A stretch of DNA of 26,965 bases from Candidatus Latescibacterota bacterium (GCA_016207265.1 JACQPZ010000059.1:1-26965), one strand, 5' to 3'; shown: positions 6,945-15,944, counted from the first letter of the stretch. Notes: generated by a model from the sequence alone, not told the origin. Numbers and translations are program-made.

Positions 6945-9170
6945 CTAGGCGAGCCGGCGGCGACGTTCGGACCGCCCTTCGCGGCGGTCCGGCTTGCGAC
7001 GCCGGTCCTCGTTGTCGCGTGTCGGGAGATAGATCGTCACGATGCTGCTCCAATCCCCCTCGCTCCGGGCCCGGATCTCGCCTCCGTGCTCGCGGACGAT
7101 CTGATACGCCATCGCGAGCCCCACGCCGGAGCCGTAGCGCCGCGACGTCGAGAACGGGACGAAGAGCCGGTCCAGGACCTCGCCCGCGACCTTGGGGCCG
7201 TCGTGCGCGATCTCCGCCTGGACGGCGCCCTGCCCGGCGCGCGTCTCGACCCTCACCCTTCCCCCGCTCGGCACGGAGCTGAGCGCGTAGCTCAAGACGT
7301 TGACGAGGACCTGGCGCATCTTCTCATTGTCGAGGAGGAGCGCCGGGACGTCGGGCGCGAGTCGCTTCAGGAGCCGCACGCGCCGCCGCACGAGGTCTTC
7401 GGCCTGCGATTGGAGCACGTCCTGTACGAGCGCGTTCAGGTTCTCGAGCTTGAGACGCGGCCGCGTCATCTGAGCCAGCGCGACCTGCTCGGTGAGCACC
7501 CGCTCCAGCCGCTCGGTCTCGCGGATGATGATCTCCAGATACTCCCGGTTCTCGTCCTTCGCCGGGAGGCTCTTGAGCACCCGCTTCGCGAACCCGGTGA
7601 TCGCGGCGACCGGGTTGCGAATATCCTGCGCGACCTGGATGCCCCGCTCGCCGACGACGGCGAGCTTCTCCGCGTGGCGGAGCTGCGCTTCGACTTCCTG
7701 AAGCCGCCGATCCTTCGAACGCAGGGTCTCCTCGTGCGAGGAGCGGATGTTCGCGAGCGACGCGATCGAGGCCAGAAGCTCGGCGGCCTGGGCGTCCTCC
7801 GCGTCGAACGCGGCCGGCGCGTCCTGCCTGCCGCCCCCTTTGTTGAAGACGAGGAGCGCTCCCCAGATCGCGTCGCCCTCTCGGATCGGGACCGCGAGGA
7901 CGCCGCGCCAATCCTCCGGCACGAAGCCCGAAAGCCGCGGGTCCGCGCTGACCCCCTCGATGATCAACGGCTTCGAATCCGCCTCGAACCACTGGAGCAG
8001 CCAGGCGCCCAGCCGGTCCAAGTCCTGTCCCGCGCCGGGATCCACCGCGTGGACGTGGGCGATCTCGGGCGCGTCCCCGGTCCCGCGCGTCCACGCCACG
8101 CCGCCCGACGCCTGGGTCCCCGGAAGAAGGGCCCGGAGCGCAAGCCCGACGCGCGCCTCCCGGTGGGAAGGCTGCGCCGCCGCGCGGCAGAGATCGGTCG
8201 CGGATTGCAGCGCGGCTCCCCGCCGCCGGACCAGGTCGAGGACGCTGTTCCCCTCGAGCGCGATGCCGGCCTGGGCCGTGATCGCGCCCAGAAGCTCGAG
8301 TTGATCGGCGGTCCATCCCGAGTACCCGAGCCCCTGGGCCACGACCAGGACTCCGAGAACCCGCTCCCTGCCGAACACGGGGAGCAGGGCCACGGCTCCT
8401 TCGGGGAGCGATTCCGAAACGCTGCCCGGGATCCGAAGCTCGCGGCGGGGGTTCGCGATGAGAGCGGCGCGCCCGTCGAAGACGGCGTCCGCGAAGAGAT
8501 CTCGATCCTCATCGAGATACAACGTCTCATCTCTCAGCCGCTCGAACACCGTACCGTCGAATCCGCCGGCGGACTCGAACGACTCGAGGTCCACGTCGGT
8601 GCGAGACGGCGCTTCATTGGTCTCGCGGTCGGCGCGCCGATACGACACAGCCAGCTTGAGGCCCGTCCCGTCGGGAATCAGCCGGAAGAGGAGGATCGTA
8701 TCGGCCACGTCGGCGAAGGCCCCGCCGATCGCGGCCAGGAGAAGCCGGCCGATCCGATCGGGAGAGAGCGCTCCGTGCATGAGCGGAATCCACCGGAAGA
8801 GAGACCCGGCCGCGCGGGATCGCGCCTCCTCCTCCTCGATTCCGTCCGCCTGCTCGAGGCGCGCCGCCCGCAGCTCTTCTTCGAGCAGATGGAAGAGAAG
8901 GCCCAGCGTCGGCATCACTCCCGCGGACCCGGGCGGCGCGGGTTGGACCCGCTCGACGGCGCCCTGGATGCGGGCGCAATGGACGCAATCCTGGGTGAAT
9001 CGCGACTCGAAATCCTCGCGCGCCTCGAACGGGCACGGTCGGGGCTCGACATAGCAGGCCCCCTGAGCGACTCGATCCGCCCCGTACGCCTTGCGATCCG
9101 CGTAGCGCTTCCATTCGAGGACGATCATCTCTTCCAACCGAGCCGTTCCTGACGCCCGCTTCGCACCCAT
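6945..9170 (-). CDS. GAF-domain sensor histidine-kinase-like protein with substituted catalytic residues (pseudo-HK)
   Basis: Two GAF-like segments, then QLRHAEKLAVVGE...VAQDIRNP (H-box with His replaced by Gln), EIIIRETERLERV, N-box NVLSYA, G1 HDGPK, F box LFVPF, G2 GSGVGLA. ATG 9170 has a GGAGG SD; the track start is TTG 9209. Confidence 0.85.
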   Translation of the reverse strand: MGAKRASGTARLEEMIVLEWKRYADRKAYGADRVAQGACYVEPRPCPFEAREDFESRFTQDCVHCARIQGAVERVQPAPPGSAGVMPTLGLLFHLLEEELRAARLEQADGIEEEEARSRAAGSLFRWIPLMHGALSPDRIGRLLLAAIGGAFADVADTILLFRLIPDGTGLKLAVSYRRADRETNEAPSRTDVDLESFESAGGFDGTVFERLRDETLYLDEDRDLFADAVFDGRAALIANPRRELRIPGSVSESLPEGAVALLPVFGRERVLGVLVVAQGLGYSGWTADQLELLGAITAQAGIALEGNSVLDLVRRRGAALQSATDLCRAAAQPSHREARVGLALRALLPGTQASGGVAWTRGTGDAPEIAHVHAVDPGAGQDLDRLGAWLLQWFEADSKPLIIEGVSADPRLSGFVPEDWRGVLAVPIREGDAIWGALLVFNKGGGRQDAPAAFDAEDAQAAELLASIASLANIRSSHEETLRSKDRRLQEVEAQLRHAEKLAVVGERGIQVAQDIRNPVAAITGFAKRVLKSLPAKDENREYLEIIIRETERLERVLTEQVALAQMTRPRLKLENLNALVQDVLQSQAEDLVRRRVRLLKRLAPDVPALLLDNEKMRQVLVNVLSYALSSVPSGGRVRVETRAGQGAVQAEIAHDGPKVAGEVLDRLFVPFSTSRRYGSGVGLAMAYQIVREHGGEIRARSEGDWSSIVTIYLPTRDNEDRRRKPDRREGRSERRRRLA

Positions 9171-9229
9171 CTCGCCCCTCCCGGACGACCACGCCGCGCC
9201 CCGTTCCAAGACCGGGTATTCCTATCAGG

Positions 9230-9258
9230 TTGATTTACGGCAATTTAGGAGATATCTT
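9230..9258 (+). promoter_or_regulatory. Putative sigma70 promoter for the DUF3467-like gene
   Basis: TTGATT-17 nt-TATCTT in an AT-rich intergenic stretch. Confidence 0.55.
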
Positions 9259-9304
9259 GAGACAGCGATCTCGGCATAACCCATTGGAAAAAGGAGGATT
9301 AGGG

Positions 9305-9607
9305 ATGGATGCGAAACCGAAGGCCGGACCCGGCCACATCAACATGGAGTTGGGCGAGAAGGAAGCGGAGGGGATCTACTCGAATTTTGCGGTCATCAGT
9401 CATTCCCTCTCCGAGTTCGTGCTCGACTTCGCGCGCGTGCTGCCGGGCACCCAGAAGAGCAAGGTGTTCGCGAGGGTCGTGATGACGCCGCCGAACGTGA
9501 GGTCCCTGCTCGTCGCGCTCGAGACCAACATCAAGAAGTACGAGGATCAGTTCGGGAAGATCAAGACCTTCGAGCCGCAGGCGAAGGAGATCGGCTTCAC
9601 GACGTAA
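9305..9607 (+). CDS. DUF3467 family protein, 100 aa
   Basis: INMEL...AEGIYSNFAVISHS.SEFVLDF...ARVVMTP..V..L..AL..NI.KYE..FG.I matches the DUF3467 pattern; SD AGGAGG ahead of ATG 9305. Confidence 0.85.
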   Translation: MDAKPKAGPGHINMELGEKEAEGIYSNFAVISHSLSEFVLDFARVLPGTQKSKVFARVVMTPPNVRSLLVALETNIKKYEDQFGKIKTFEPQAKEIGFTT

Positions 9608-9631
9608 CCGGGCGGGCGGGCGCTACCGACC

Positions 9632-10567
9632 TCACGTCGGGGTGGGGGCTCCGTCGGCGGGTTCGACGGGAGCCGGCGTCTTCCAGCGGCGGTGGAGCCA
9701 ATACCAGTGGTCCGGGCGCCGGCGCACGTGGGCTTCGATCGTGTCGTTGATGGCGCGCGTGAGGCGCTCGACCTCGCCCCGCTCGTCGGCCGTGCGGTCG
9801 GGACGCAGGATCGCCACGAGCGTCGAGCGGAATCGTGCGCGCGGCTCGCGCTCGATGAGGCCGATCCCGATCGGACACCCGGTCCGGTATGCGAGCCGGG
9901 CGGGGCCCGTGTGCGTCGACGCCGGCCTTCCGAAGAAGGGTACGTGGATCCCGACCCCGCGCGCGTCTTGATCCGGGAGCATCCCGAGGAACGCGCCCCG
10001 GCGGATCGCGCGGAGCGCGTCGCGCATGCCGAAGCCGATCTTCACGGCCTCGATGCCGAGATCGGCCCGGATCCGGTCGAAGTAGGCGTCGCTCCCGGGG
10101 TTGCTCTGCGGCGGCAGGAGGTAGCGCATCGGCCCTCCCGCCGCGCGGAGCGCGGCGCCGCACAGCTCCCAGTTGCCGTAGTGCGCCGTGACCATGACGG
10201 CGCCCTTCCCTTCCCGGGCCCATTCCAATGCAGGCTCGTAGCCGACCAACTCGACGCGACGCAGGATCCCGTCCAGGCCCAGCCGGGGAAGGGCGAGGAA
10301 CTCCACGAACGAACGACCGATCTGCACGAACATGCGGCGCGCGATCTCGCGCGCGGGGGTTCCCTCGTACTCGGCCCCGAGCGCGGCGGTGATGTTCGCG
10401 ATCGCGATCCGCCTGCGCCGCGAGAGCGCCCCGTAGGCGGCCCTGCCGACCAGGGCGCCGATGGCGCTGGACCATTCGAAGGGGATGGAGCGGGCGACGA
10501 ACCCGATCGTATGGAGCGCCGCCACTTCGATCCGCTGCCGCAGGGGCCGAAGGGGCGAGCGACCCAT
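9632..10567 (-). CDS. Lipid A biosynthesis acyltransferase (LpxL/HtrB family)
   Basis: VTAHYGNWE (HX4D/E), MLPDQ, VPFFGRPAST, PDHWYWLHRRWK. Confidence 0.92.
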   Translation of the reverse strand: MGRSPLRPLRQRIEVAALHTIGFVARSIPFEWSSAIGALVGRAAYGALSRRRRIAIANITAALGAEYEGTPAREIARRMFVQIGRSFVEFLALPRLGLDGILRRVELVGYEPALEWAREGKGAVMVTAHYGNWELCGAALRAAGGPMRYLLPPQSNPGSDAYFDRIRADLGIEAVKIGFGMRDALRAIRRGAFLGMLPDQDARGVGIHVPFFGRPASTHTGPARLAYRTGCPIGIGLIEREPRARFRSTLVAILRPDRTADERGEVERLTRAINDTIEAHVRRRPDHWYWLHRRWKTPAPVEPADGAPTPT

Positions 10568-10570
10568 CGA

Positions 10571-11470
10571 TCAGCGCCGCCGCGTCTTTCGCGCGAAGCC
10601 GCCCGGCTCACGCCGCGCAAGGCCCTGAAGCTCGAGCGAGAGGAGCGCCGCGCCCAGCTCCGGGGCGGTGAGCGAGGCGGCCTGCGCGAGCCGATCGAGC
10701 GGGAGCGGGCGCTCGCGGAGCGCGCGGTAGAGACGCGACTCGGGGTCGGTGAGTGCGGCATCGGGAAGCTCCTCTCGTGCCGGGTCCCGGTCGTCGCTAC
10801 GGAAGGCGGCGACTCCGCCAGCCATGCCGACCAGCGCCAGCACATCCTCCGCGCTCCGCACGAGCGTCGCTCCGGCGCGGATCAGCGCGTGCGGCGCTTC
10901 CGCCAGCGGCTCCCGTGAGTCCCACGGCACGGCGCCGACCGGGCGTCCGAGCCGTGCGGCTTCGTGCGCCGTGATGAGGGCGCCGCTCGTGGCGCGACCC
11001 TGGACCACCACGACCGCGTCCGCCAACGCGGCGAGAATCCGGTTGCGGGCGGCAAACGTCGAGCGCGCGGCGGGAGCGCCGGGCGGGACCTCGCTCATGA
11101 GTCCGAGCGAGCGCCCGAGACGCGATTGGAGCGCGGCGTTCGAGCGCGGATAGACCTGATCGATGCCGGTGCCCAGCACGGCGCCGCTTAGCCCGCCGGC
11201 GTCGAGCGCTCCCTCGTGAGCCGCGGCGTCGATCCCGCGCGCCATCCCGCTGATCACCGCGGCTCCCTCGCGCGCGAGCCGGAAGGCGAGGTCGCGCGCC
11301 ACATCGATCCCGTCCTCGGTGCCGTCCCGCGCGCCCACGACGGCGACGTGGGGTCCCGTGTGATGCCAGCCGCCCACGAGGAAAATCACGGCAGGGGGTG
11401 AGGGAAGATCGAGCAGGCGGCGCGGGTACGCCGCATCGGAGCGCGACACCGCGCGGCCCAGAAGCTCCAT
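10571..11470 (-). CDS. dprA: DNA-processing protein DprA (short N-terminus; start ATG 11470 or GTG 11482)
   Basis: YPRRLLDLPSPP, VAVVGAR, VISGMARGIDAAAH, VLGTGID.VYP, F..RNRI, SGALITA, C-terminal winged helix with LLSLELQG. The longer track ORF overlaps the HEAT gene. Confidence 0.92.
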   Translation of the reverse strand: MELLGRAVSRSDAAYPRRLLDLPSPPAVIFLVGGWHHTGPHVAVVGARDGTEDGIDVARDLAFRLAREGAAVISGMARGIDAAAHEGALDAGGLSGAVLGTGIDQVYPRSNAALQSRLGRSLGLMSEVPPGAPAARSTFAARNRILAALADAVVVVQGRATSGALITAHEAARLGRPVGAVPWDSREPLAEAPHALIRAGATLVRSAEDVLALVGMAGGVAAFRSDDRDPAREELPDAALTDPESRLYRALRERPLPLDRLAQAASLTAPELGAALLSLELQGLARREPGGFARKTRRR

Positions 11471-11507
11471 CCCCTCGTCCACCGCCCGCCCCCCGCGCGG
11501 CTTGGGC

Positions 11508-12131
11508 TCAGCGCGCGGCCTGCTGCGCGTCGTCCTCTCCGCCGACCACGTCATCCCAACTGAGCTGATCCTCCGGCGCGGGCGCGCCCGCGCCGGATCC
11601 TTCTTGCGGCACGCGGGGTCCTCGCTCTCCGATCTCCTGCAGCACGCGGCCCGCCGCCTCCGGGTCCCGTTCGAGGAGACCCTCGAGCGCATAGCGCATG
11701 GCGCGATCGGGCAGCGATTGAAACGCGACGGCCAGCTCCTGCGTCGCGAGCTCGTTCCGGCACAGTTGAATCAAGGCGTCCCACACCGCGTCGCGCACCG
11801 TGCGGTTCGGATCCTTCAAGAGCAAGACGAGCGGCGCCACTGCGCGCGGGTTGGCCATTCGCCCCAGCGCCGTGGCGGCCGAGGAGCGCGTGTACCAGAG
11901 CCCCGAATTCAGGTACTCGATGAGCGGCTCCACCACGGGCTCGCCGATCGAGGCGAGGACCCGGGCCGCCTGGTCCCTCAGAAACCAGCTCTCCTGCTGC
12001 AGGACGTCCAGGAGCACCCGGATCGATTCCTCGTTCGGGTCCTGGGCCAGCTCGAGGATCCAGCCGAGCTTTTCCTCGGGGTCCCGGTGACGGAGCTCAT
12101 CCCACAGTCTCGCGACATCCTTCGCGTTCAT
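11508..12131 (-). CDS. HEAT/PBS-lyase-like repeat protein
   Basis: Repeated helical hairpin motifs: LRDQAARVLASIG, TRSSAATALGRM, LVLLLKDPNRTVRDAVWDAL. ATGA overlap with the obg stop. Confidence 0.85.
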   Translation of the reverse strand: MNAKDVARLWDELRHRDPEEKLGWILELAQDPNEESIRVLLDVLQQESWFLRDQAARVLASIGEPVVEPLIEYLNSGLWYTRSSAATALGRMANPRAVAPLVLLLKDPNRTVRDAVWDALIQLCRNELATQELAVAFQSLPDRAMRYALEGLLERDPEAAGRVLQEIGERGPRVPQEGSGAGAPAPEDQLSWDDVVGGEDDAQQAAR

Positions 12132-13180
12132 GTCCGTCGCTCCTTCGTTTCGGCGATGCCGTGTCCATCATCCCGGCGGTCCGCCGGCGAGCCGGCGCCG
12201 GCGCGTTCCAACACGTCCCACACGGTGTCGAGGAGTTGTTCCATTCCCGCACCGGTCACGCTCGAAAACCATCCGCCCCATCGGGCGCCCCCGAGCGGAA
12301 ACGGCGGCCCGCCCCCTGTCCCGCCGTCCCCAAGGTCCGATCGGCTCATCGCCACGACTCTCGGCTTTCGCGGCAGCTCCTCGTCGTATTCCCCAAGCTC
12401 ATGCTCCAGGGTCGCGTGATCCCGCCCCGGATCGGGCGACGCGCTGTCGATGAGCAGAAGGAGCGTCCGGGTCCGGAGGACGTGACGCAGAAACTCATGC
12501 CCCAATCCCTTTCCCTCGTGCGCCCCTCCGACGAGCCCGGGAAGATCGGCCATGACGAAGCTCTTCTCTTCGCGTACCCGCACCAGCCCCAGATACGGCT
12601 CGAGCGTCGTGAACGGATAATCGGCGATCTTCGGCCGCGCCGCGCTCACGCGCGAGAGGAGCGTCGACTTCCCCACGTTCGGAAGCCCGACGAGCCCCAC
12701 GTCGGCGATCAGCCGGAGCTCGAGGCTAAGCCTGCGCTCCTCCCCCTCCCGTCCCGGCTCCGCCGAACGCGGGGCCTGGCGCGTCGGCGTCGCGAAATGC
12801 GCGTTCCCGCGGCCCCCGCGCCCCCCGCGCGCCGCAACGTAGCGGCCGTCGGGGGCAACGAGATCGGCGACCCGTTCTCCGGTTTTCTCGTCGGTCACGA
12901 GCGTTCCCGGCGGAACGGGAACGAGCAGATCCTCGCCGGACCGGCCGCTCTTCCGGTTGCCCGACCCGTGCGCGCCCGACGGCGCCCGAAACCGCGCGCG
13001 GAACTGAAAATCGAGCAGCGTTCGCAGGTGCGGGTTCACGACCAGGATCACGCTTCCGCCGTCCCCCCCGTCCCCGCCGTCGGGTCCTCCCTTCGGCACG
13101 TACTTCTCGCGGCGAAAGCTGACGCACCCGTCGCCGCCGCGCCCCGCGGCGACGAGGATCGAAGCGCGATCCGCGAACAT
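12128..13180 (-). CDS. obg: Obg family GTPase (ObgE/CgtA)
   Basis: SFRREKYVPKGGPDGGDGGDGG Obg fold, GLPNVGKST (G1), YPFTT (G2), DLPG (G3). Confidence 0.97.
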   Translation of the reverse strand: MFADRASILVAAGRGGDGCVSFRREKYVPKGGPDGGDGGDGGSVILVVNPHLRTLLDFQFRARFRAPSGAHGSGNRKSGRSGEDLLVPVPPGTLVTDEKTGERVADLVAPDGRYVAARGGRGGRGNAHFATPTRQAPRSAEPGREGEERRLSLELRLIADVGLVGLPNVGKSTLLSRVSAARPKIADYPFTTLEPYLGLVRVREEKSFVMADLPGLVGGAHEGKGLGHEFLRHVLRTRTLLLLIDSASPDPGRDHATLEHELGEYDEELPRKPRVVAMSRSDLGDGGTGGGPPFPLGGARWGGWFSSVTGAGMEQLLDTVWDVLERAGAGSPADRRDDGHGIAETKERRT

Positions 13181-13189
13181 CGCGCGCCC

Positions 13190-14269
13190 CTATCGCATCG
13201 CGGCGATGACGGCGTCGGCGGAAGCGCGCGTGCCCACCGCCGTGGGATCGTCGCGCCGCGGCTTCATGTCATAGGTCACGCGCTTGCCCTCGCGGATCAC
13301 GGCCGCGACGGCGCGCTCCAGACGCTCCGCCGCCGAGCGCTCGCCCAGGTGCCGCAGCATGAGCATTCCGCTCAGGATCATGGCGAAGGGGTTCACCTTG
13401 TCCTGCCCCGCGTACCTCGGCGCGCTCCCGTGCGTCGGCTCGAAGAGCGCGGCGTCGGCCCCGATGTTGGCGCCCGGCGCGACGCCGAGGCCGCCGATCA
13501 GCCCCGCGGCGAGGTCCGACAGGATGTCGCCGTACAGATTGGGGAGCACGAGCACGTCGTAGTCCTCGGGCTTTTGCACGAGCTGCATGCACATGTTGTC
13601 CACGATGCGATCCTCGAAGGTCGTATCGTGAAACTCCGCGGCGACCCGGCGAGAGACCTCGAGAAAGAGCCCGTCCGAGCACTTCATGATGTTCGCCTTG
13701 TGAACCGCGGTCACTTTCTTGCGTCCGTTTTCCCGGGCGTAGCGGAAGGCGTGGCGCACGATCCGCTCCGTCCCCGAGACGCTGATCGGCTTGATCGAGA
13801 TGCCCGAATCCTCCCGGATCTCCCGCTGCGCCTCCCGCCGCACCAGCTCGCGGAGCGCGCCCGCGCCCTTGCTGCCCCGCTCGAACTCGATCCCCGCGTA
13901 GAGGTCTTCCGTGTTCTCCCGAACGATCACGAGATCGATGTGGTCGAATCGGGAGCGGACGCCGGGGTAGGTCTTGCAGGGGCGGATGCAGGCGTAGAGG
14001 TCCAGCTCCTTCCGGATCGAGACGTTGACGCTCCGGAATCCGGTTCCGACCGGAGTCGTGATGGGCCCCTTGAGCCCGACCTTCGTGCTGCGGAGCGAAT
14101 CGAGAGCGCGCTTCGGCAGCGGCGTTCCTTCCTTCTCGTAGACGTCGATCCCGGCCTGCTGCACGTCCCAATCGAACGAGACCCCGGTCGCCTCCAAGAC
14201 GCGGCGCGTCGCCTCCGTGATCTCGGGCCCCGTTCCGTCCCCTGGAATCAGCGTCACGCGATGCGCCAT
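13190..14269 (-). CDS. icd: Isocitrate dehydrogenase (isocitrate/isopropylmalate dehydrogenase family, probably NAD-type)
   Basis: [77 protein letters not shown]. Substrate specificity within the family is inferred. Confidence 0.8.
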   Translation of the reverse strand: MAHRVTLIPGDGTGPEITEATRRVLEATGVSFDWDVQQAGIDVYEKEGTPLPKRALDSLRSTKVGLKGPITTPVGTGFRSVNVSIRKELDLYACIRPCKTYPGVRSRFDHIDLVIVRENTEDLYAGIEFERGSKGAGALRELVRREAQREIREDSGISIKPISVSGTERIVRHAFRYARENGRKKVTAVHKANIMKCSDGLFLEVSRRVAAEFHDTTFEDRIVDNMCMQLVQKPEDYDVLVLPNLYGDILSDLAAGLIGGLGVAPGANIGADAALFEPTHGSAPRYAGQDKVNPFAMILSGMLMLRHLGERSAAERLERAVAAVIREGKRVTYDMKPRRDDPTAVGTRASADAVIAAMR

Positions 14270-14408
14270 CGAGGCTCCTCAGAAATAAATTTAATATAGC
14301 GACATAAGCTATTGTGAATGAGTGTCATGAGGGGTTTCGAGTTGGGCGATAGAGGCGGAGCCGATCGATCGCGGAGCGAAATCCCTGGCGTGACCGCTCG
14401 AGTGCCGG

Positions 14409-14438
14409 ACGCTAGCAAACGCCGGGGAAACGAGTCAA
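14409..14438 (-). promoter_or_regulatory. Putative sigma70 promoter upstream of icd
   Basis: TTGACT-18 nt-TAGCGT with extended -10 TG; same geometry as the tRNA promoter. Confidence 0.5.
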
Positions 14439-14455
14439 ACGGAAAGCGTTAGGCG

Positions 14456-14740
14456 CTAGGTGCCGGCGCCCCGTGCGGGCTTCGGTGGCGCGCCCTTGGC
14501 TTCATCTTTCTTCTTAGGCGTCTCCCCTGACTCTTTGCGTTTCTGCTCCTTGTAGGACTTCGACCGATAGTCCGTGGTGTAGAAGCCGCTCCCTTTGAAG
14601 ATCATTCCTGCGCCTCCGCCGAGCAGCCGGCGGAGCTTTCCCCGGCACTTCGGGCACCGCTTCCGCGGCCGTTCCGTCATGGACTGGAACACCTCGAACC
14701 GGTGCCCGCACCGCTCGCAGTCGTACTCGTAGGTCGGCAT
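14456..14740 (-). CDS. FmdB family zinc-ribbon putative regulatory protein
   Basis: MPTYEYDCERCGH.FE..QSM...CPKC...FKGSGFY.TDY. Confidence 0.93.
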   Translation of the reverse strand: MPTYEYDCERCGHRFEVFQSMTERPRKRCPKCRGKLRRLLGGGAGMIFKGSGFYTTDYRSKSYKEQKRKESGETPKKKDEAKGAPPKPARGAGT

Positions 14741-14753
14741 CAGCGATCCCCCT

Positions 14754-15944
14754 TCACATCCGATCCAGCGCGTCCTCGAGACGGCCCAACCCTTCGTCGA
14801 TGTCGTGATCGGAGATGGCGTACGAGAGTCTCAGGTGGCCCTCCATACCGAAGGCGGAGCCGGGGACGCACACGATCCGGGCCTCGTCGATCAGAAAGTC
14901 GCTGAGCGTCGCGGAATCGCAGACCCCGTTCCGCGCCGAGCGAATCCGCTCGCCGAGATCCGGAAACGCGTAGAACGCCCCCTCGGGCGGAACGATGCGC
15001 ACGCCGCGCATGCGGCGCAGCCGCTCCACGACGACCGCGCGGCGCTCGGCGAATCGGTCACGCATCAGGCGAACGGAATCGGATGGGCCGGTGAACGCCC
15101 GGAGCGCCGCGTATTGCGAGACGGCGGCCGGGTTCGAGGTGGACTGCCCCTGCAGGCGCTCCATTCCCTCGGCGAGATCCGCGGGCGCCGCGGCGAATCC
15201 GATCCGCCAGCCGGTCATCGCCCACGTCTTCGAGACCCCGCCGATTAGAATCGTCCGCTCGCGGATCTCGGGATCGAGCGCCGCGACGCTCACGTGGCGG
15301 GCGTCGCCGAACACGAGCTGCTCATAGATCTCATCGGAGAGAACATAGAGCCGGTGCTTCCGGATGATCGGGACGAGCGCTTGAAGCTCCGCGCGGGAGT
15401 AGACCGCGCCCGAGGGATTGTTGGGGCTGTTCAGAACGAGGAGCTTCGAGCGGGCCGTGAGTGCGCGCTCGAGATCCTCGGGACCGATCTTGTAGCTTCC
15501 CGGCCCGGGATGGACGCACACCGGCACTCCACCCGCGAGCCGGATCAGCTCCGGAAAGGTCACCCAGTAGGGCACGGGGCAGAGGACCTCGTCGCCGGGC
15601 TCGACCACGGTGAAGAACGCGTTCCAGATCGCGTGCTTCGCCCCGTTCGAGACGACGATCTCGCTCGGGACGTACGTGAGCCCCTGATCCCGGCGCAGCT
15701 TCTCCGCGATGGCGGCGCGAAGCTCGGGCACGCCGCCGACCGCGGTGTACCGCGTGTGCCCGGCCCGGATCGCCTGGATCCCGGCCTCGCGGATGTCCTC
15801 CGGCGTGTCGAAGTCCGGCTCCCCGGCCGAGAAGGAGATCACGGAGTGCCCCTGCGCCCGAAGCTCGCGCGCGCGCGCGCCGAGCGCCAGCGTCTCGGAG
15901 GGTTTGAGCGCGCGCACGCGCGCGCTGACGCGCGAATCCGTCAT
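14754..15944 (-). CDS. PLP-dependent aminotransferase class I/II (aspartate aminotransferase-like)
   Basis: GEPDFDTP, YT..GG..ELR, SNGAK, PYWV, SPNNPSG, SDEIYE, SKTWAMTGWRIG (PLP Lys), GAFY, VPGSAFG, LRLSYA. Confidence 0.95.
   Translation of the reverse strand: MTDSRVSARVRALKPSETLALGARARELRAQGHSVISFSAGEPDFDTPEDIREAGIQAIRAGHTRYTAVGGVPELRAAIAEKLRRDQGLTYVPSEIVVSNGAKHAIWNAFFTVVEPGDEVLCPVPYWVTFPELIRLAGGVPVCVHPGPGSYKIGPEDLERALTARSKLLVLNSPNNPSGAVYSRAELQALVPIIRKHRLYVLSDEIYEQLVFGDARHVSVAALDPEIRERTILIGGVSKTWAMTGWRIGFAAAPADLAEGMERLQGQSTSNPAAVSQYAALRAFTGPSDSVRLMRDRFAERRAVVVERLRRMRGVRIVPPEGAFYAFPDLGERIRSARNGVCDSATLSDFLIDEARIVCVPGSAFGMEGHLRLSYAISDHDIDEGLGRLEDALDRM

Noticed and set aside
9271-9288. sigma54-like CGGCATAACCCATTGG upstream of the DUF3467-like gene
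   Set aside because: The -12 GC is missing and the GG-N10-GC spacing is not met.
9608-9631. Terminator between the convergent DUF3467-like gene and lpxL
   Set aside because: Only a (GGGC)x3 run; no convincing stem or U-tract.
14311-14328. Rex operator (TTGTGAA-N4-TTCACAA) upstream of icd
   Set aside because: Only one half-site matches; the second half (TGTCATG) does not.
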